A stretch of 64,000 bases of DNA from the human T2T-CHM13v2.0 reference genome, Homo sapiens: the NCBI RefSeq assembly GCF_009914755.1, contig NC_060927.1; one strand, written 5' to 3'. The position numbers and the translations under genes were made by a program. The notes beneath the pieces were generated by a model. The model saw only the letters and a list, made by a program, of their open reading frames with translations. It did not search any database and was not told where the DNA came from. Every line of letters starts with the position of its first letter. The stretch's first letter is position 1. Of this stretch, positions 11,707 through 26,579 are shown one piece after another.

Positions 11707-14700
11707 AAACTAGACAGAAAAAGTTAAAACCTGCCTATACTAATGAAATTCTCATGCTAAAGTCCAGGCCTCTCATTTTAATGAGTCTGTTAGCCTACTA
11801 TATCTACAGCTGAAGCAGTTTTTAAAAATGTTCTGATTATAATTAAATCACAAAATAAATATAAAATAGCATAATAAAAAATCCCTATCTATATTTTTGA
11901 AAATTCAGAACATATACAGTATGCCTTATAGTTATAAATAGCAACCTTAATTTAAATGCTTCAAGTATAAAAATGTGGTATTAGTATCACATTTTCTTCA
12001 GGTCTAATAATTCATATTTTTTGTAGATCGTGTATATATGTGACAAACACATGTGAAGAAAGTCCTGCATAGAAGAAACAGACACATCAACATAGATTTA
12101 CTTAGCTATCTTACATTCTTAGCATTGCCTCCACAGTGTGGCATTATCGATTGCCTGATTTAAGTTAAGTAGAGAAATGTGTGAACATTTCAGCATAGAA
12201 CAGGATTGCTTCAAAAATGTTTAGAGGGAATCCATTGGAAGAGGACACAGGATGGGTAAGTTGAAGTGTCAGGGACATCAGGTGGAACATTCTTAGTTGT
12301 CATGTTTATTGTTCTGAATATTAGTTTCAATGCAGAAACGAGTCTAACACTGAGCTAACCTGTGTCAGAAATGAAGCAGTAAAATGGATAGCTTGAGACA
12401 CTGATGGACGGAATCAGCAAAACAGGGAGTCATCTCAGCTACAAAGAGAAATTGTTTGTGTATTCCATGAACATAAGCATATACAATGCTATGATCTGGT
12501 GTTTAGGGAGAATGGTGTACTTAATGTTAAAACTAATGTTAGGGATTTGTGGACTCTAACTATACTGAGGGAAATAACCAAGACCTGGGAGACCCGACTC
12601 CACACTGAGAGAACTAACTAAGAGTTGGAGATTTGGAGACTCTGTACATACCAGTTGTTCTGGATTCTACTTTGCATAATAATAAACCAAATGAAGAGAG
12701 AAAATAAATTTTAATTTTGCTTTTATCACATGAATCTCAGTATGACCATTCTCGAGCATTTTCGAATGTTAACTATTGTTCCAAAAATCTACATTGTTTT
12801 TTGAACTATGGAGTTAATTCCATATTGGAGGGGGAAAAGACACGTTTTGGAGTATACAAATATCGTAAAGTGAAGACACAAGTATTAGTGAAATGACCAT
12901 TAGCCTGACCTTTTTCTGTTTTGTCTTCTCCTCTTAGCTGTTTTTTTTTGTTTGTTTTTTGTTTTAAAAAAAAAGGACAGAAGGTCTGTTCTTTGGCAGT
13001 AAATTAATTTAGTGTGCTTTCTTAAAAAAGGCAGGAGACAAGGAGACAGGGTGGCTAGCTCCTCCCTTTAAAATATGTGGTGGTGAGGTCTAAGGGAAGT
13101 CACCCTAAACTTCTAACACAAAATGTTTAAAAATAATGAAAACGTTATTTCTTTCAATTTTTATTATTAGGCATTTAAGGTCAATTAATGTCCTTTGCAT
13201 TTGAGCTCTTAGTTATTATTTTGGACTTGTCTTTACTAATATGCTTAAGCCTGCTATCAGCTCATAAGACTCTTCCAAAATAGTTTCTATTAGGGTTCTG
13301 TTAACCATTTTGAGACTAGAAAACAAAATAGAATAGACTATGTCCCAAGTGGCATCAATAATTAATTTTGTGGAAGCTTTCCAGTTCCCTTGGTGTAACA
13401 AATCCAAATATAAATTTATTGCTAAGGGCAAAACTAATGTCCTGCAGTGACTTGGAAATTTGGTTAACATGATAACTAACAAAAGTTTCTAAAAGAATAG
13501 ACAAATTGCTCCCAAATGAACATAAAGGGGGATGACATAAGGTTAGACAAAAGATTCATGATTTAAGTGAATTTCTTTTGAAATGCAAACAACCTCAAAG
13601 AATCTTTACAGCTCTCTTAGGAAAAATCTCCTGGGTGGTATCATTTGTGTTCAGAGGTCTTAGAATGGGCTGGTAGGGTGCTAATGGAAAGTCTTGCTGC
13701 TGTGGCATTTGGGGAATTACACGTGCAAATCCCTGGAGCACTTACTGAAGATACCCACATAAATCACTACATCATTCCTTGAGAGGTATTTTCCTTATTG
13801 CTGCTTTTAGCTGGATGTTTTGCACCATATTGTTTCTTAAGAGGTACCTGATAAGAAAACAGCCTCAACACTATCAACAGGCAGACACAATTAATTCTGC
13901 TACAAGCACCTCAATGTTTCAATTTATGTATTTATTTTAGAAATTGCATTCATTACGATTGCCACCACCATCATTGACAGCCAAAATTAAATGTTTTTAG
14001 TAAGAAGGGACACAAAATACAGCAAAGTTTATATGTGCATATGCTTGGTGTTAAGTCAGTCTCTGCCTCTCTGCTTCTTGTTTTAATCATGAGATCCTAC
14101 TGTAATTTCCTTCAATACTATAGGTTTTTAATGATATAACTCCAACTCCGTGGAATCCTTGTAGACCCCTTAATATCTAGGGATAAATTTTGACCTTTGT
14201 GATATACGTATCTGTATTATTAAAAGCTGTGTTATATTAAGGATGCTAGTGTGCTGTTTGAATAAAAATAGAGGATTGTGATATTAGAATAAGGCAGATA
14301 CCTTATTTCTATGAAATATAGTAGATGAACTAGCTACCAATAACAACCACAACACTCTAGTCATCACTGGCCCCAGAGAACAGCTGCTAACAATGGGACA
14401 GCAGTTTCACATAAATACAAGCATGATGGGTTAGACCAGATGTGTCAGTGCAAGACTACCAAAATCATCACCATTTCTTATCACGGCTTTCAAAGTAACT
14501 TTATTTCACAGAGTCTGAAACCCAAAGGCATGATTCTTTATCTTCTGCAAAGGGCTCAGACTCAATTATTGATACGAGAGGTGAAATCCTTCGAAATATC
14601 TTCTAGCTGAGCAAAATAAGTAACAGAATGTTCCGGAGAGGACTAGGCTTTAGAAGTCACTATTTCATCTGTGTCATTTTACAGATAATGGAACTAAAGT

Positions 14701-16411
14701 TCAGAAAAGCAAAGTATCTTTATGAGACAGATGATATTCATATCATATCCTGGCATATAACAGCACTCAATAAAAAATTGTTAAGTGAATTGAATGAATT
14801 ATCATTTTCCCCTCGATTTTATTTATTCCAACCATTGTAACTTCTCGTACCTAGAAGACCAATCTACAAATAGGTACAGACATTTTGACTAAGATAATAT
14901 ATTTCAGTGTTTTTCTTTGGTATAAAAAGCTGCTGTTATTAAAGCAACAGGTTTTTAGAAGGGAGGTTAATGGATTTTTAACTACAAGAATAGAGTCATA
15001 CTGCAACTTATCAAACATTCAGATAAAAAACTAAATTACATCAGCAGTGAAAAGTCATGTAGCTTGAGCATCAATTCTAATTTAAAAGCATTTCTGGAGA
15101 CAAGGCAAAATATAATTCTGTTCCTCAGTTGAAGCACTATTATTTTGAGGAAAATTAATGTAGAAGCCTGACAAACAATAATGTTAATAATCCCCTCATA
15201 TGTCTTTCTGATGACAATGGTGATGACAACATCATATTACAAAAAGAAATTTCAGCCTGAGCAAAGTAGGTAAGAAGAATTCACCCGAACCACCTAATGC
15301 AGTTAGGCCTCTATTCTAAAGCTAAGGGCCCAAACACTCATTCAAGTGACATCTGCACAGACCTGCCGTTGTGGGTATAAGAGAGGCTGATACTTCCAAA
15401 GTTCATCTGAAAGTATACGCAGAAATGATCGGTAAACATTCCAGAGAGCATATATAGCATCAAAAGTAAATTGGGCAATCAATGTAAAACCAAATTCTGA
15501 GGAGTAAATTACTACATGGCAATTGCTAGGTTGCTTTATTTAACTCTTTTGGTATTAAATGATGGGAACTGTTAAACAAAATCTTTGCCACATTTATGTC
15601 AGTATGGTACTTTATTGAACTACAGTAGTTAGTAGAGTCCTCTGAGCACTGAAAGCCAGCTGTCGGACCGTGGAGGGTCCAATTCAGAACTCTAGTAAGG
15701 GTGCTAGCCAAGCACCTGTACTGCTCTCAGATACACACAGTGTGTTTAATTAAGTGTGTGCGTGTGTGCCAGGGGAGGGAGGAATCACGGCTAAGCTGGC
15801 TGGAAAGTTCTGTAGTGTGAACTAATGAGGCCAGATTGCATTGTGTCATACAAGACAAAAGTGAAGCGGGTAGAAAGAAATTAGAAAGAAGATTACTCAA
15901 TAAAAGCTACAAAGCAAAATTTAGAAGCCCAACGACTATTAAATCACATGGCTTTCTCTAGTTTTTGTTTCAGTGAAACCAAGCCTGTGGAATATTCCTC
16001 TCTACTTCCTCACTCTCCTGCTTTTCTGTCTTCAGCTTGTTTTTCTTTCATTCTGTTTCATTTCCTTACTCCTCTTCATAACCCACTGTGGCAAATCAAC
16101 AAGGAATTGCTCATTAAATCCCCTTCTTCAGCAACTGCCAACGTTTTTCTCAAGTTAAAACTGTTCTGCACATGCTCCCTGTTGTCAGAAAACAATGATT
16201 AACATTCAATGAGTCCACACAGTATGTAGTGGAAATAAAAGGGACTTTGAGGTGAATCAGGTCCAATGCTCTTGTTTATTTCTGTACTCTTCTGCCGAAG
16301 TCACTTCATTTCTCAGAGCCTCAGTTTTCTTCATTCATAATGGATGTCTTTTACTCCATCTCTGATCTGTTTTAGGTCCTCCAAAAACTTAACAAAACTA
16401 TCTGACATCTA

Positions 16412-16713
16412 GGCTGGGCATAGTGGCTCATGCCTGTAGTCCCAGCACTTTGGGAGACTGAGGCAGGCGGATCACCTGAGGTAAGGAGTTCAAGACCGGC
16501 CTGACCAACATGGTGAAACCCTGTCTCTAATAAAAAAAATACAAAAAACTAACTGGGCATGGTGGTGTGTGCCTGTAATCCCAGCTTCTCGGGAGGCTGG
16601 GGCAGGAGAATCGCTTGAACCTGGGAGACGGGGTTGCAGTGAGCCAAGATCGCGTCACTGTACTCCAGCCTGGGTGACAGAGCGAGACTCCGTCTCAAAA
16701 AAAAGAAAAAAAA
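16412..16713 (+). mobile_element. AluS
   Basis: Full-length Alu; approximate TSD atctg(a/c)catct. Confidence 0.93.
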
Positions 16714-17928
16714 TCTGCCATCTCATTTACCTTTTTCCTGGTCCTATGCACACAGGACTTTTCACTTTCCTCCAATTTTGATTCCATGTTGCCATATATA
16801 TAGCTGAATATTTGTGACATATTCTCTGTACCTTTTATTGTGTGTGTGTGAATATAAGAAAACCACTATATCCTTCTTTCTTTCCAATCCCTGTTGTTCA
16901 CACTAACTAAGGTTTTGGTACAACACAAGGCACTGAGTATGCGTAGTCTAATTGATCAGCATATCTACTGATGAATTTGGTCCGGGATTTTTGTCTGGAT
17001 TTCATGTGTTTCTCTGTATAAATATTGCTAGTGATACATTTCAATCTTTATTATGGATGTTGTTTTAGACTGAAAGTAACAGACTGATTGGACTATATTT
17101 CTTCAACTTGACTTATGAGGCCCAACATCTTTATTTGTGCATGTGGGCTGTGTGGTGTGTGTGTATGTGTGTGTGTATTTATCAGTACTTATTAATGATT
17201 ATGAAGACTGTTTGGCTTCTGTCATATCCAATGTACATATGAAAAAGTTCCCAAGATAGATCATATGTTAGGTAATTTGGGGAGCTTTTAAAATTGGAGA
17301 GAATTTTCTTTTTTATTTATTTAATTGAATGTAGAAGAAAAATGATGAGGGAAATGGGGTGGTGACATAGAAATTGGAATCTGGCTAATTCTTCTATTTT
17401 AAAACAGGAAAGCTGTAAAAAGATGAGCGTTAAGCCTCTCTAAGATGACGTTAAATAAATTAACAGAGGAAACGACTTAAGTCTTCTATTTGCTGCCATA
17501 GGCAATTGTGTAAATCTGGTTCTGTGATAACCTTTACTACATTTTGCAAGAGAGATTTTATAATTAACATAAATAAAACCAGGACTGAATATTTTCATTT
17601 AACATTTTCACATAGAGACTATAGTTATTTAATATTTCTTCTAAGATGTTCATGGTATAGAATTACTTTTAAATTTTGATATGATCCTTATTATACAAAG
17701 AATTAAAAATGTGCTAAAATGTATACAATTAAGTTATAATCAGAAACCACTGGCCATTGCAATAACTATTAACAAAAGACAATATCTAAATTACCAAAGA
17801 TGTCTTGGTTAAATTAATATACATTTTTAAAGACTACTTTATGAATAAGGTTTCTTTATTAATTTAAATAGGCCTCCTATCCTTGAACTATATAACGAAA
17901 AGATTATCATAAAAATGCCATTCAGTTC

Positions 17929-18220
17929 TTTTTTTTTTTTTTGAGACAGAGTCTCGCTCTGTCGCCCAGGCTGGAGTGCAGTGGTGCGATCTCCGCTCAC
18001 TGCAAGCTCCGCCTCCCAGTTCACGCCTTTCTCCTGCCTCAGCCTCCCGAGAAGCTGGGACTACAGGCGCCCGCCACCACGCCCGGCTAATTTTCTGTAT
18101 TTTTAGTAGAGACGGGGTTTCACCGTGTTAGCCAGGATTGTCTCGATCTCCTGACCTCGTGATCCCCTGCCTCGGCCTCCCAGAGTGCTGGGATTACAGG
18201 CGTAAGCCACCGCGCCTGGC
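17929..18220 (-). mobile_element. AluY
   Basis: CpG-rich AluY; TSD aaaaatgccattcagttct / aaaagtaccattcagttct. Confidence 0.95.
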
Positions 18221-18470
18221 AAAAGTACCATTCAGTTCTGAACTAAAATAGATTTTTTTAAGTAAACTTTATACATTTAAATTTTCTTTATATTTAGATA
18301 TACATGTATTTATTTGTGTGTGTGTACATATATAATATGCACTTTTCACTTAAACAGGATTAAAATGAATATTACCATTTTCCAAGAATTCTACTAATTT
18401 ATCATTAATTCACTTGGCTTTTGGTATGTACAAAGTTTCCTATTTTGAATTCATCAGAACAGGTAATAGC

Positions 18471-18888
18471 TATATTCATTTCCTAGGATTGTCATAACAA
18501 AGTAATACAAATTTAGTGGCTTAAAACAAGCGGACATTTATTCTCACAGTTATAAAGCCTAGACCTCCAGAGTCAAGGTGTTGGCAAGGCCATGCTCTTG
18601 AGGAAGGCTCTAGAGAAAAATTGGTTCTCGTTGCATCTGGTGGCCTGATATTCCCCAGCTTGTAGCAATATACTGCCAACTCTTCCATAATCTTCATGTA
18701 GCTTATGTATCTCTGTCCAAATTTCCCTCTTTTGATAAGGACACGAATCACTGGATTGGGGCTCATTCTAATCCAGTATGAACTCATCTTCACTGGATTA
18801 TATCTGCAAAACCCCTATTTTGAAATAACATTCCATTCAGAGATTCTACATGGACATTCATTTGAAGGACCCTATTCAACCCAGTACA
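18471..18888 (-). mobile_element. MLT1B-like MaLR LTR
   Basis: ttcctaggattgtcataacaaagtaatacaaatttagtggcttaaaacaa...caaggtgttggcaaggccatgctc...ctattcaacccagtaca. Confidence 0.85.
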
Positions 18889-19348
18889 GAAGCACACAAT
18901 GGTCAGTCATTTTGCTTTAGCCGGCAATACCTGTATTGCCCCCATGAATTTACACTATTTCCTCCAAAAGCAAAGGAGTCTGCAAGAGTTGGATATGCAT
19001 GATAGTAGGTACAGCTGGTAACAAATATTTCCAGCTTTCTCCCACCCTTGAAGGTGGGGCTTGTGTTTTAGTTTGGTAGTGAAGATATAAGAAATTGTGT
19101 TATTTGTTCCAGCCAGATTTAACAACCATATTCTGCCTTTTCATTTGTTTGGAAAATGAGTGATTTAGCAGCCTAGGTCCTGGAAAGAGGATGATGTGGA
19201 GGAGTTCCCAGCTGATTCCCAATATAACAAGAAATAGCCGTTTTTGTTTGAGATCTTAGAATAGTTTGTATTTGTAGAATATTCATTCTCAATGGGGATG
19301 ATGGGAAGATGGTTCTTGGGGCAAAAAAACACACTATTCTCTTTTTTC

Positions 19349-19740
19349 ATATAAAAAACTTCCTTTTTTATATATAATTACATGTATATACAGTGCATAA
19401 GCATATACATATGTTTATTACATAATATATAGTATATAAATGATATATGACTATTATATATAATAAATATATATTAAATATATTTAAATATATCTACTAT
19501 ATAATATATTCATTTGTATATTTAATAACATATTTTATATATTATTAAATTAATATATACATATATTAAATTATAAGTATATCACATTATTGATATAAAT
19601 TAATTATATATTAATTTATTTATATATAAGACACATAATATATAATATATTAAATTTAATGTAATTAATTATAATATAATACATTATAATTATATTATTA
19701 TATATAATAAATATATATTAGATATGTAGTTTATATGTCA
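19349..19740. repeat. AT-rich, TA-dinucleotide-rich low-complexity tract
   Basis: ~400 bp almost entirely A/T, built of interrupted (TA)n. Confidence 0.95.
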
Positions 19741-19790
19741 TATTGAAATTCCATGGGGAGGTATTAGGCAGAAATGTATAAAAATGCTCC

Positions 19791-20165
19791 TGTCTTAGTC
19801 CATTCAGGCTGCTATAACATGATACCACAAACTGGATGGATTATAAACAACAGCAGTTTATTTTTCACTGTTCTGGAAGCTGGGAAGCTCAAGATCAAGG
19901 CACTAGCAGATTCTGTGTCTGGTGAGGGCTCTATTTCTGTTTCATGAGTGGTACCTTCTCACTGTGTCTTCACATGGTGGAAGATACTATTTCTCCAAGG
20001 TTTCTTTTATGAGGACACTAGTCCCAATTATGAGGAATCTGCCCTCATCACCGAATTACCTCCCAAAGGCCCTACCTTCTAATACTATCACACTGGGGGT
20101 TAAGATTTCATCATGAGAATTTTGAAGCCAGTGGGAGGGACTGCAAAAACATTCAGACCATAGCA
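19791..20165 (-). mobile_element. MLT1A/MSTD-like MaLR LTR
   Basis: tgtcttagtccattcaggctgctataaca...aaacattcagaccatagca. Confidence 0.88.
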
Positions 20166-20739
20166 GTTTCTTAGAGAAGTGACAATGAAAAAAATGTTGA
20201 GAAATCACTGCTGGCGAATACATTAGCCTATCCTGGGTGATTCTGTAGGCTTTGTTGTACTGGATATGAATTACAGCTACAAACTATGACACTTTCAAAG
20301 TTACATCATCAATTTGAGCTTTCATTAACTACTGTGAATTATGAGGCTAAACCACCTTCATATGCTTCATGAGAATTTAATAAGACAATTAATTTAAAAG
20401 GTATATTGCAGTGCTTGTCATATAGTAATTGTTTTAAAAATTTAGGTATTATTATTCTTTATTTTTATAATATTAACCATAGTTTAATGTCCTGAGAAGA
20501 AGTATATTGCAACATAAAGTTTAAATGAATATTTAAACTTTAGGCAACATTCAAAGTGGCTGATTATATTTGTCAGCACAGGTGAAGTCCTAAAACAAAG
20601 AATACCAAACTTCGATAATTTGAGACACATTACAAGACATCTGTTGCTCAACTCACAGTGCAAAGCATACAACAGAGAGTGAGATGTTCTGAGTCTGCTT
20701 ACACACTCATCCTGAAATTCATGCACTTTATCCGATGGC

Positions 20740-20960
20740 TCAGTGTTTTCTATTTGGCCATCCAAAAAGTGAGGCAACAGCCAGAGCGCCAAGGGGTAAG
20801 GTATAGGTGAGACCTTAGAGGGCAAATCTAGAAGTGCCTGGATTCCATTGGCCAGAACTCAATCACATGATCCAACACAACTGCAAGGAGGGCTGGGGAA
20901 TTCTGTGTGGAAGAAAGGAAGGAGAGGATTCTTGGGTAACAATCAGCATTTTCTCTGTCA
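20740..20960. mobile_element. Old MLT1 (J/K-like) fragment
   Basis: ccattggccagaactcaatcacatg...aactgcaaggagggctgggga. Confidence 0.55.
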
Positions 20961-23900
20961 TGATAGAGGATTATTAGTACACTCCAATGACCCTAAGTAT
21001 TGTAAACAATTAAAATGTACACTGGACCAAGTTCTTTAAATGCAACATCCGACTACCTTGTGAGTAGGCACTATTGTTATCTTTGTTTTATAATTAAGGT
21101 AATTGTCAACATCGCACTGCAAGTACCAAAATGAGAATGCAGATAGGTACTCAACATCCAATTTCAGAGCTCTATCTCAGTATTCTCTATTGTGTCCTTA
21201 TTTAGGAAGCCATTCATTACCCCTTCTCTTTGCAGAGATAATTGAGTGGAAATGCTACTTCAGTGTTAGATTAGAGAAGACTAATATTTTCCTGATGACA
21301 AGTGAATGGTTTACTTAAGAACACTGTGAAATCTCCTATGAAAATCTTTAAAATAAAACAGGTTTTCATCCTTTTTTGATAGTTTAAACATGACTCAGAA
21401 TGAGGGCTGGTATCCAGACTACCAGAACTCCTATAAATGTGCCTCTAGCTTTGTGATGAAATGTGTTTTTAATGTGTTTGGTAAAGAAGGGAGAAATAAA
21501 ATAATAGGTTAAGTTACAACCTGGACCTAAGCCAGTTATAGAGGCAAGCTAAAACAACAACAACAATAAGGAAACAAAATAGCCTCATGCTTATCATGCC
21601 ACATAATTTCCATTGACATTGTCTATACTAGTCATACCTGAAAGTCTAATATTTGCTCAAAGGCTGAAGAAAACGATTACAGATGAGTAATCTTAGAAAA
21701 ATGAAAAATTAAGATAAAAATTTGATGAAAATTTTTCACATTGCTAAAAACCAAAAATTAATTTCACATTGATAAAAATCAAAAATTAATTTGTATGGCA
21801 AATATATATTAGATGAAGTGTAAATTTATTTACACTTTATATTTCTGATAAATATAAGAAACCAGCCATTGAAACTTTTTTCTTAAATTACGTTAAAACT
21901 GAAAGCAATCCAGTGACGTGAGGGGTTCTATAAAATTTGTACCTAGTTGTCAAAAACTTGACTAGCATTTTTCAATATTAAGTATCTGGTCCTTTGGATC
22001 CTTTAAATTTGTATTAGTATATAATGAAAAAGCCAAAATTGCTCAGAGAAAAAAAAAATCACTTATTGCTATCATTCTTTTTTGCTAAGTGAAAGACTAA
22101 ACAGTAGAAACTGTTTAAGAGAGAGAGCAATGTCTTACTCAAATTGAAATGTTATGATATGAAGTATATGTCATATTATTGCTTTATTTGCAAGTTTTTC
22201 TATAAACTTGGGCCAGGGAGATTTTTTTCATTTATTTCACTTTGTCACTTACGGATGACAATGTGTATTTACATCTCTAATTTGAGCAAAATTATATTAC
22301 TTATACTCCTGGCTGGCATTGTATCTAACAACTTAAGAACTTAGTATTCTTTGTTAAAAAAAAAAAAAAAAGAAAACAACTTCAGGTACTCCACAAGTAG
22401 TCAGAATTTGTTTTATCAGGCAGAAATAAAATAAATTGGATATTGGAAGAAAATCAGAATCTGCTCCCAAACAGATTAGTTCTTCTACAGGATAAAACCA
22501 TAGACAGTTCAATTAGATTACATGTACCCTTGGATTAATTCCGTGATAGTATTGCAAGGGAGAATAAGCAATTTTTTTCTAATTTGAAGTATCCATTGTG
22601 AAACATGCCTCAAAGAGATTCAGTGAGCATACAACTGTAAAAATCCACGGGTATCTATAGGACCCATGGGTATCATTGGCCTTTTCCTAAATCCTTGACA
22701 ATCTCTTCTTTTTATGAACAACAAAAAATTCTGTTTTGGATTTAAAATAAATTTTTCTATTAGGATTACAGCTATGTATTGCTAAAATTTAATTATACAA
22801 ATTCCAGATCGGAGCAGATGGACTTGGAATTATTTGGCAAAGAATCAAAGGGATTTTCTTGGGTTCATGAAAGTGTGGTGTAAAATTAGTAAAAAGTGTA
22901 TTATTTTATGTCATTGAAGTTAAGCCATATACTAAAATAATAACTTGATATCAGTAACAAGAAATGATAAAATAATGGGTAGGAAAAAAATCCTTGCACA
23001 CACATTAACTCTAGCCTGTTATGGTTAATGACTGAAGTTGTACTTTCAAATAATAAGTGGATTTGCGAGGCTGACTATTCTCATTTTGTAAAATCATTAG
23101 CCTAGTATAGATGAGAGGTTATCATCTTTGCTGCCAAAGAACTCCTTTTTAATTTTAGTTTAGGTTTTGCAATTTACTAAGATGGGGCTGAGGGGGTAAT
23201 GGACCTTCTTGAACTGACACTATGAAGATAAATAAAATCTCATCCATGACCTCTAAGGAACCTCTAAGTGACTTTTAAAATTCAAAATTTTAAGGTATAC
23301 ACAATTAAAGAAATTTGGCCTCAATGTTACATACCACTTACTGTAATATTTGTTTATTCAATAGTTATGTTAATTTGGAAGTATCACCGAACTCTTCGAT
23401 CAAGATAAATAATGATTTTCCAAATAGATTTTGGACTCTAAAGGAAGAAAGATTTTCTTCTTGAAAATACGTGATTTTATTCTGCAGAGAAAACTCTTTT
23501 AAATGAACTATTACTATATTTTAGTCAACTTAAATTCAGATTTATAACTTCATGTAATATACCAAAAATGCTATTCATAAATAGCTACACAGACAGACTT
23601 ATATAGAGACAAGTATTGGTGACCACTTCAAAATGAATCGAATCAAATCAGATACTTAGAACATATTTCAGAAGAACAATATTCATTTTATCTTGGCTCC
23701 CTCAGATCCTTTCTGGAACAAAGTCAAGTGTAATAAAGAAAAAATCATGTAGGGGCAAATGAGCCGTCTCTCTGTGATCAGGATTTTTAATGCTTCACTT
23801 ACTTTAGTTGTCCTGTGTCCTTTTGTAGATAATAACACATACGTGTCATTTAATGTGATGTTTCTGTATAGTATAATAAGACAATCTTATATAGAAAAAT

Positions 23901-24079
23901 TCGAGCTGAGCAATGGCTTTAAAGAGGTTCTTAAATTTTGAAGAAAAATTGATTACATATTTCTGTATATTTTGGTACACTGCGGTTTTCTTAAATTGAT
24001 CAGAGTAATATATTATACTCTTATACTATTTCTGCAATGTGGTAGATGTCTTAAATCAATCTCAAGTTCTTGATAACAT

Positions 24080-24285
24080 AGACTTTGTATTCAGGTCTGG
24101 ATTTAAAGCAAGATTGTGCCTTTCATTAACTTGGGTTGATTATCTAATCTTCATTTTTCTCATCTGTACAATGGGAATAGTATCAACCACATAAGCCTCT
24201 TATAGGAATTTAACAATATGATGAATTTTTAAAAACTAGAAGAATTCCCTGACACGTGGTTAGTGCTCACTACATGGCAGTATAT
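24080..24285 (+). mobile_element. MIR
   Basis: tttttctcatctgtacaatgggaatagtat...cctgacacgtggttagtgctca. Confidence 0.7.
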
Positions 24286-26579
24286 GTTAAAATTACTATC
24301 ATGGATCAAACCTTTGATTTTTATATATATGCTGCCTTACAATTATAACAAGAGCACGTTGAAAAGAGTAAAAAAGTGGATTAGGGTTTTGCAGTTTTTA
24401 CCACATCCTTGGGGAATCTGGTATGAAAAAAGAAATATTTAATATGTTACACTCTGCAGATTTCCTTCATATGGTTATTTTATACTTCTGCTGGAATACC
24501 AACTCAGAAATTCAATCACAAAGAAGGCCATTGGATAACCTTACCCAAATTAGGGATAATGACAGTTTCTTACAATCTTTAGATGTATTAAAATATATAG
24601 GCACATTTTGAATATATAATACCTTTCCAGGTTTTACATAAAAGAAGCCTAGATTTCCATCTACATTTATCTATTCAGCTGCTTGTTTGGAAAAGAAAAA
24701 AACAATTTATATTTAGAAAGACATTGAAGCCAGATCCCCATTTGATTTTTCTGTATCTTAAGCTCTCTGATGTGGTGGTCATGGGGCTTCATTGTTCTAA
24801 GCCATTGCTGTTTCTTTTTGGCTTAAGGAAAACCTTAATTTTTTTTTTTTTTTGCTAAAGCACTGCTAAAATGTAATTTCCAACTTCTACTAGAAGCTTC
24901 AGATTTTAAAGACTTTCCTTTAATTAAACATTTGGAGTGAGAAATCCATTTTTTATATAGGCAGTGCTCACTAAAACTGTCTTAAGTGTAATTGAAATAT
25001 GCACATTTTTCTAGTATAGATCTTATCATATATCTCAGAAGGTAATGTCTTTGTTCTTTTGGAATTAATGTTGTCCATAACAAATTTCTGTCTGGCGACT
25101 CGTTACTGTTGCTAATTTAGTGTGAGATGTTTGGTCATAATCCTAAACTATCATTTGGGATGAGATTGTTATAAAATAATGGTTTTTTAGTCACATTTCA
25201 TATCAAATGAGACACTGACAGAGCATTCTTTTAAAAAACCAGTTATGAACTTGACTACAAGAAAAGCAGAAAACATGGATTCCAAAATGTTTTGGTGAAG
25301 ACATTATTCCATAAGGTAGCTAGTGTATGGCAAACAACAACAACCACAACAACAAAAGCCATTTAAAAAATGGCACCAGTCTAAAATCACTGGCTTGCTT
25401 TGTCACTTTTAATAGGTAAAGTAGTTAAGAATGCAAAATGTTGATGCTTGGTAAAAAAAATGCCAATATAACCAAAGCGATTTCCCTTATACAAAGCTCT
25501 TCTCTGTATGATGTAATTTGTCATACCCTACACAAGGATAACTTTCTATGAATAGGGCAACATTTTCTGCCCTAAAGGACCATGGCAATTGGTGGTAGGC
25601 TGATCTCGCCCAATCTATCCCTTCTGTTTCCCACACACACTCTTTCTGCCTCTGAGTGATTTTATAGTTTACTTAAGGAAAGGCATTTACAGATGGTGAG
25701 TCTATCAAGTATAAAATAGAATCTATATTTTGCCTGATAAATAAATAGTCATGAGAAAACACTTCTAGTTGAAATCCTCCAATGTCTTCCTTTCTGTGAA
25801 CCATCTTAAAATTAAGGGTCTTATAAGTCTATATGATGTGTTAATTCCTGCATTATTGTATTAGGAAGACTATTTTCCGAATATCTTAAAAATTTCACCC
25901 GCGTAAGGAAATTTGCCCGAGATAAGCTGGTGGTGTGTATTATTTGGAGACATGAGCTAGACATTGTAATCCTGAACTGGGTAAACCAAGCCCAAGTGTT
26001 TAAAATGAAAGTTTTCAAGAATTTTAATTACTTTCCTTTTCCAGAGATAAAAGAGATGTTAATAGCGCACTTTTGGATGTTTCTAAACCACAGTGTTATC
26101 CAATTTAGACGTATTGGACCTTTGGGGTGGGTTTCTCCTTAACGGTTAAGCCTTTTTTCACGGGGTGCTAAAACAATAGCACATTCAGAATTATTATAGT
26201 GAGAATTCAAGTGATTCAACTTTAACAACCGAATGCACTTTTTTCTTCACAAGTAAATACTGTAGATTAAAAGTGTGCAGAAATTACTCTTAATGCTTTA
26301 CAAGAAGAGTGGTTGTTTTATTCTTTCGCAAGACTATTTCATTACCGTAATTTTCAAGCATGCCGAGGTGTCCTAATGTCTCTTCTAATTGCTTGAATGT
26401 CGCTGACCTTTTTTTAAAAGAACACACAGCGCCCATAATATGCAAGGGAGACCTAAGTTAAGTAGCAGCACCAAAACGTATCCACCAAACAAAGGCTCTT
26501 CCTCAGACGGCCCCTTCTGGAGAGAACCTTTCCTAATATTTTCCAGTAGGGGGAACTAAAGACTCACCATCCAGCATTT

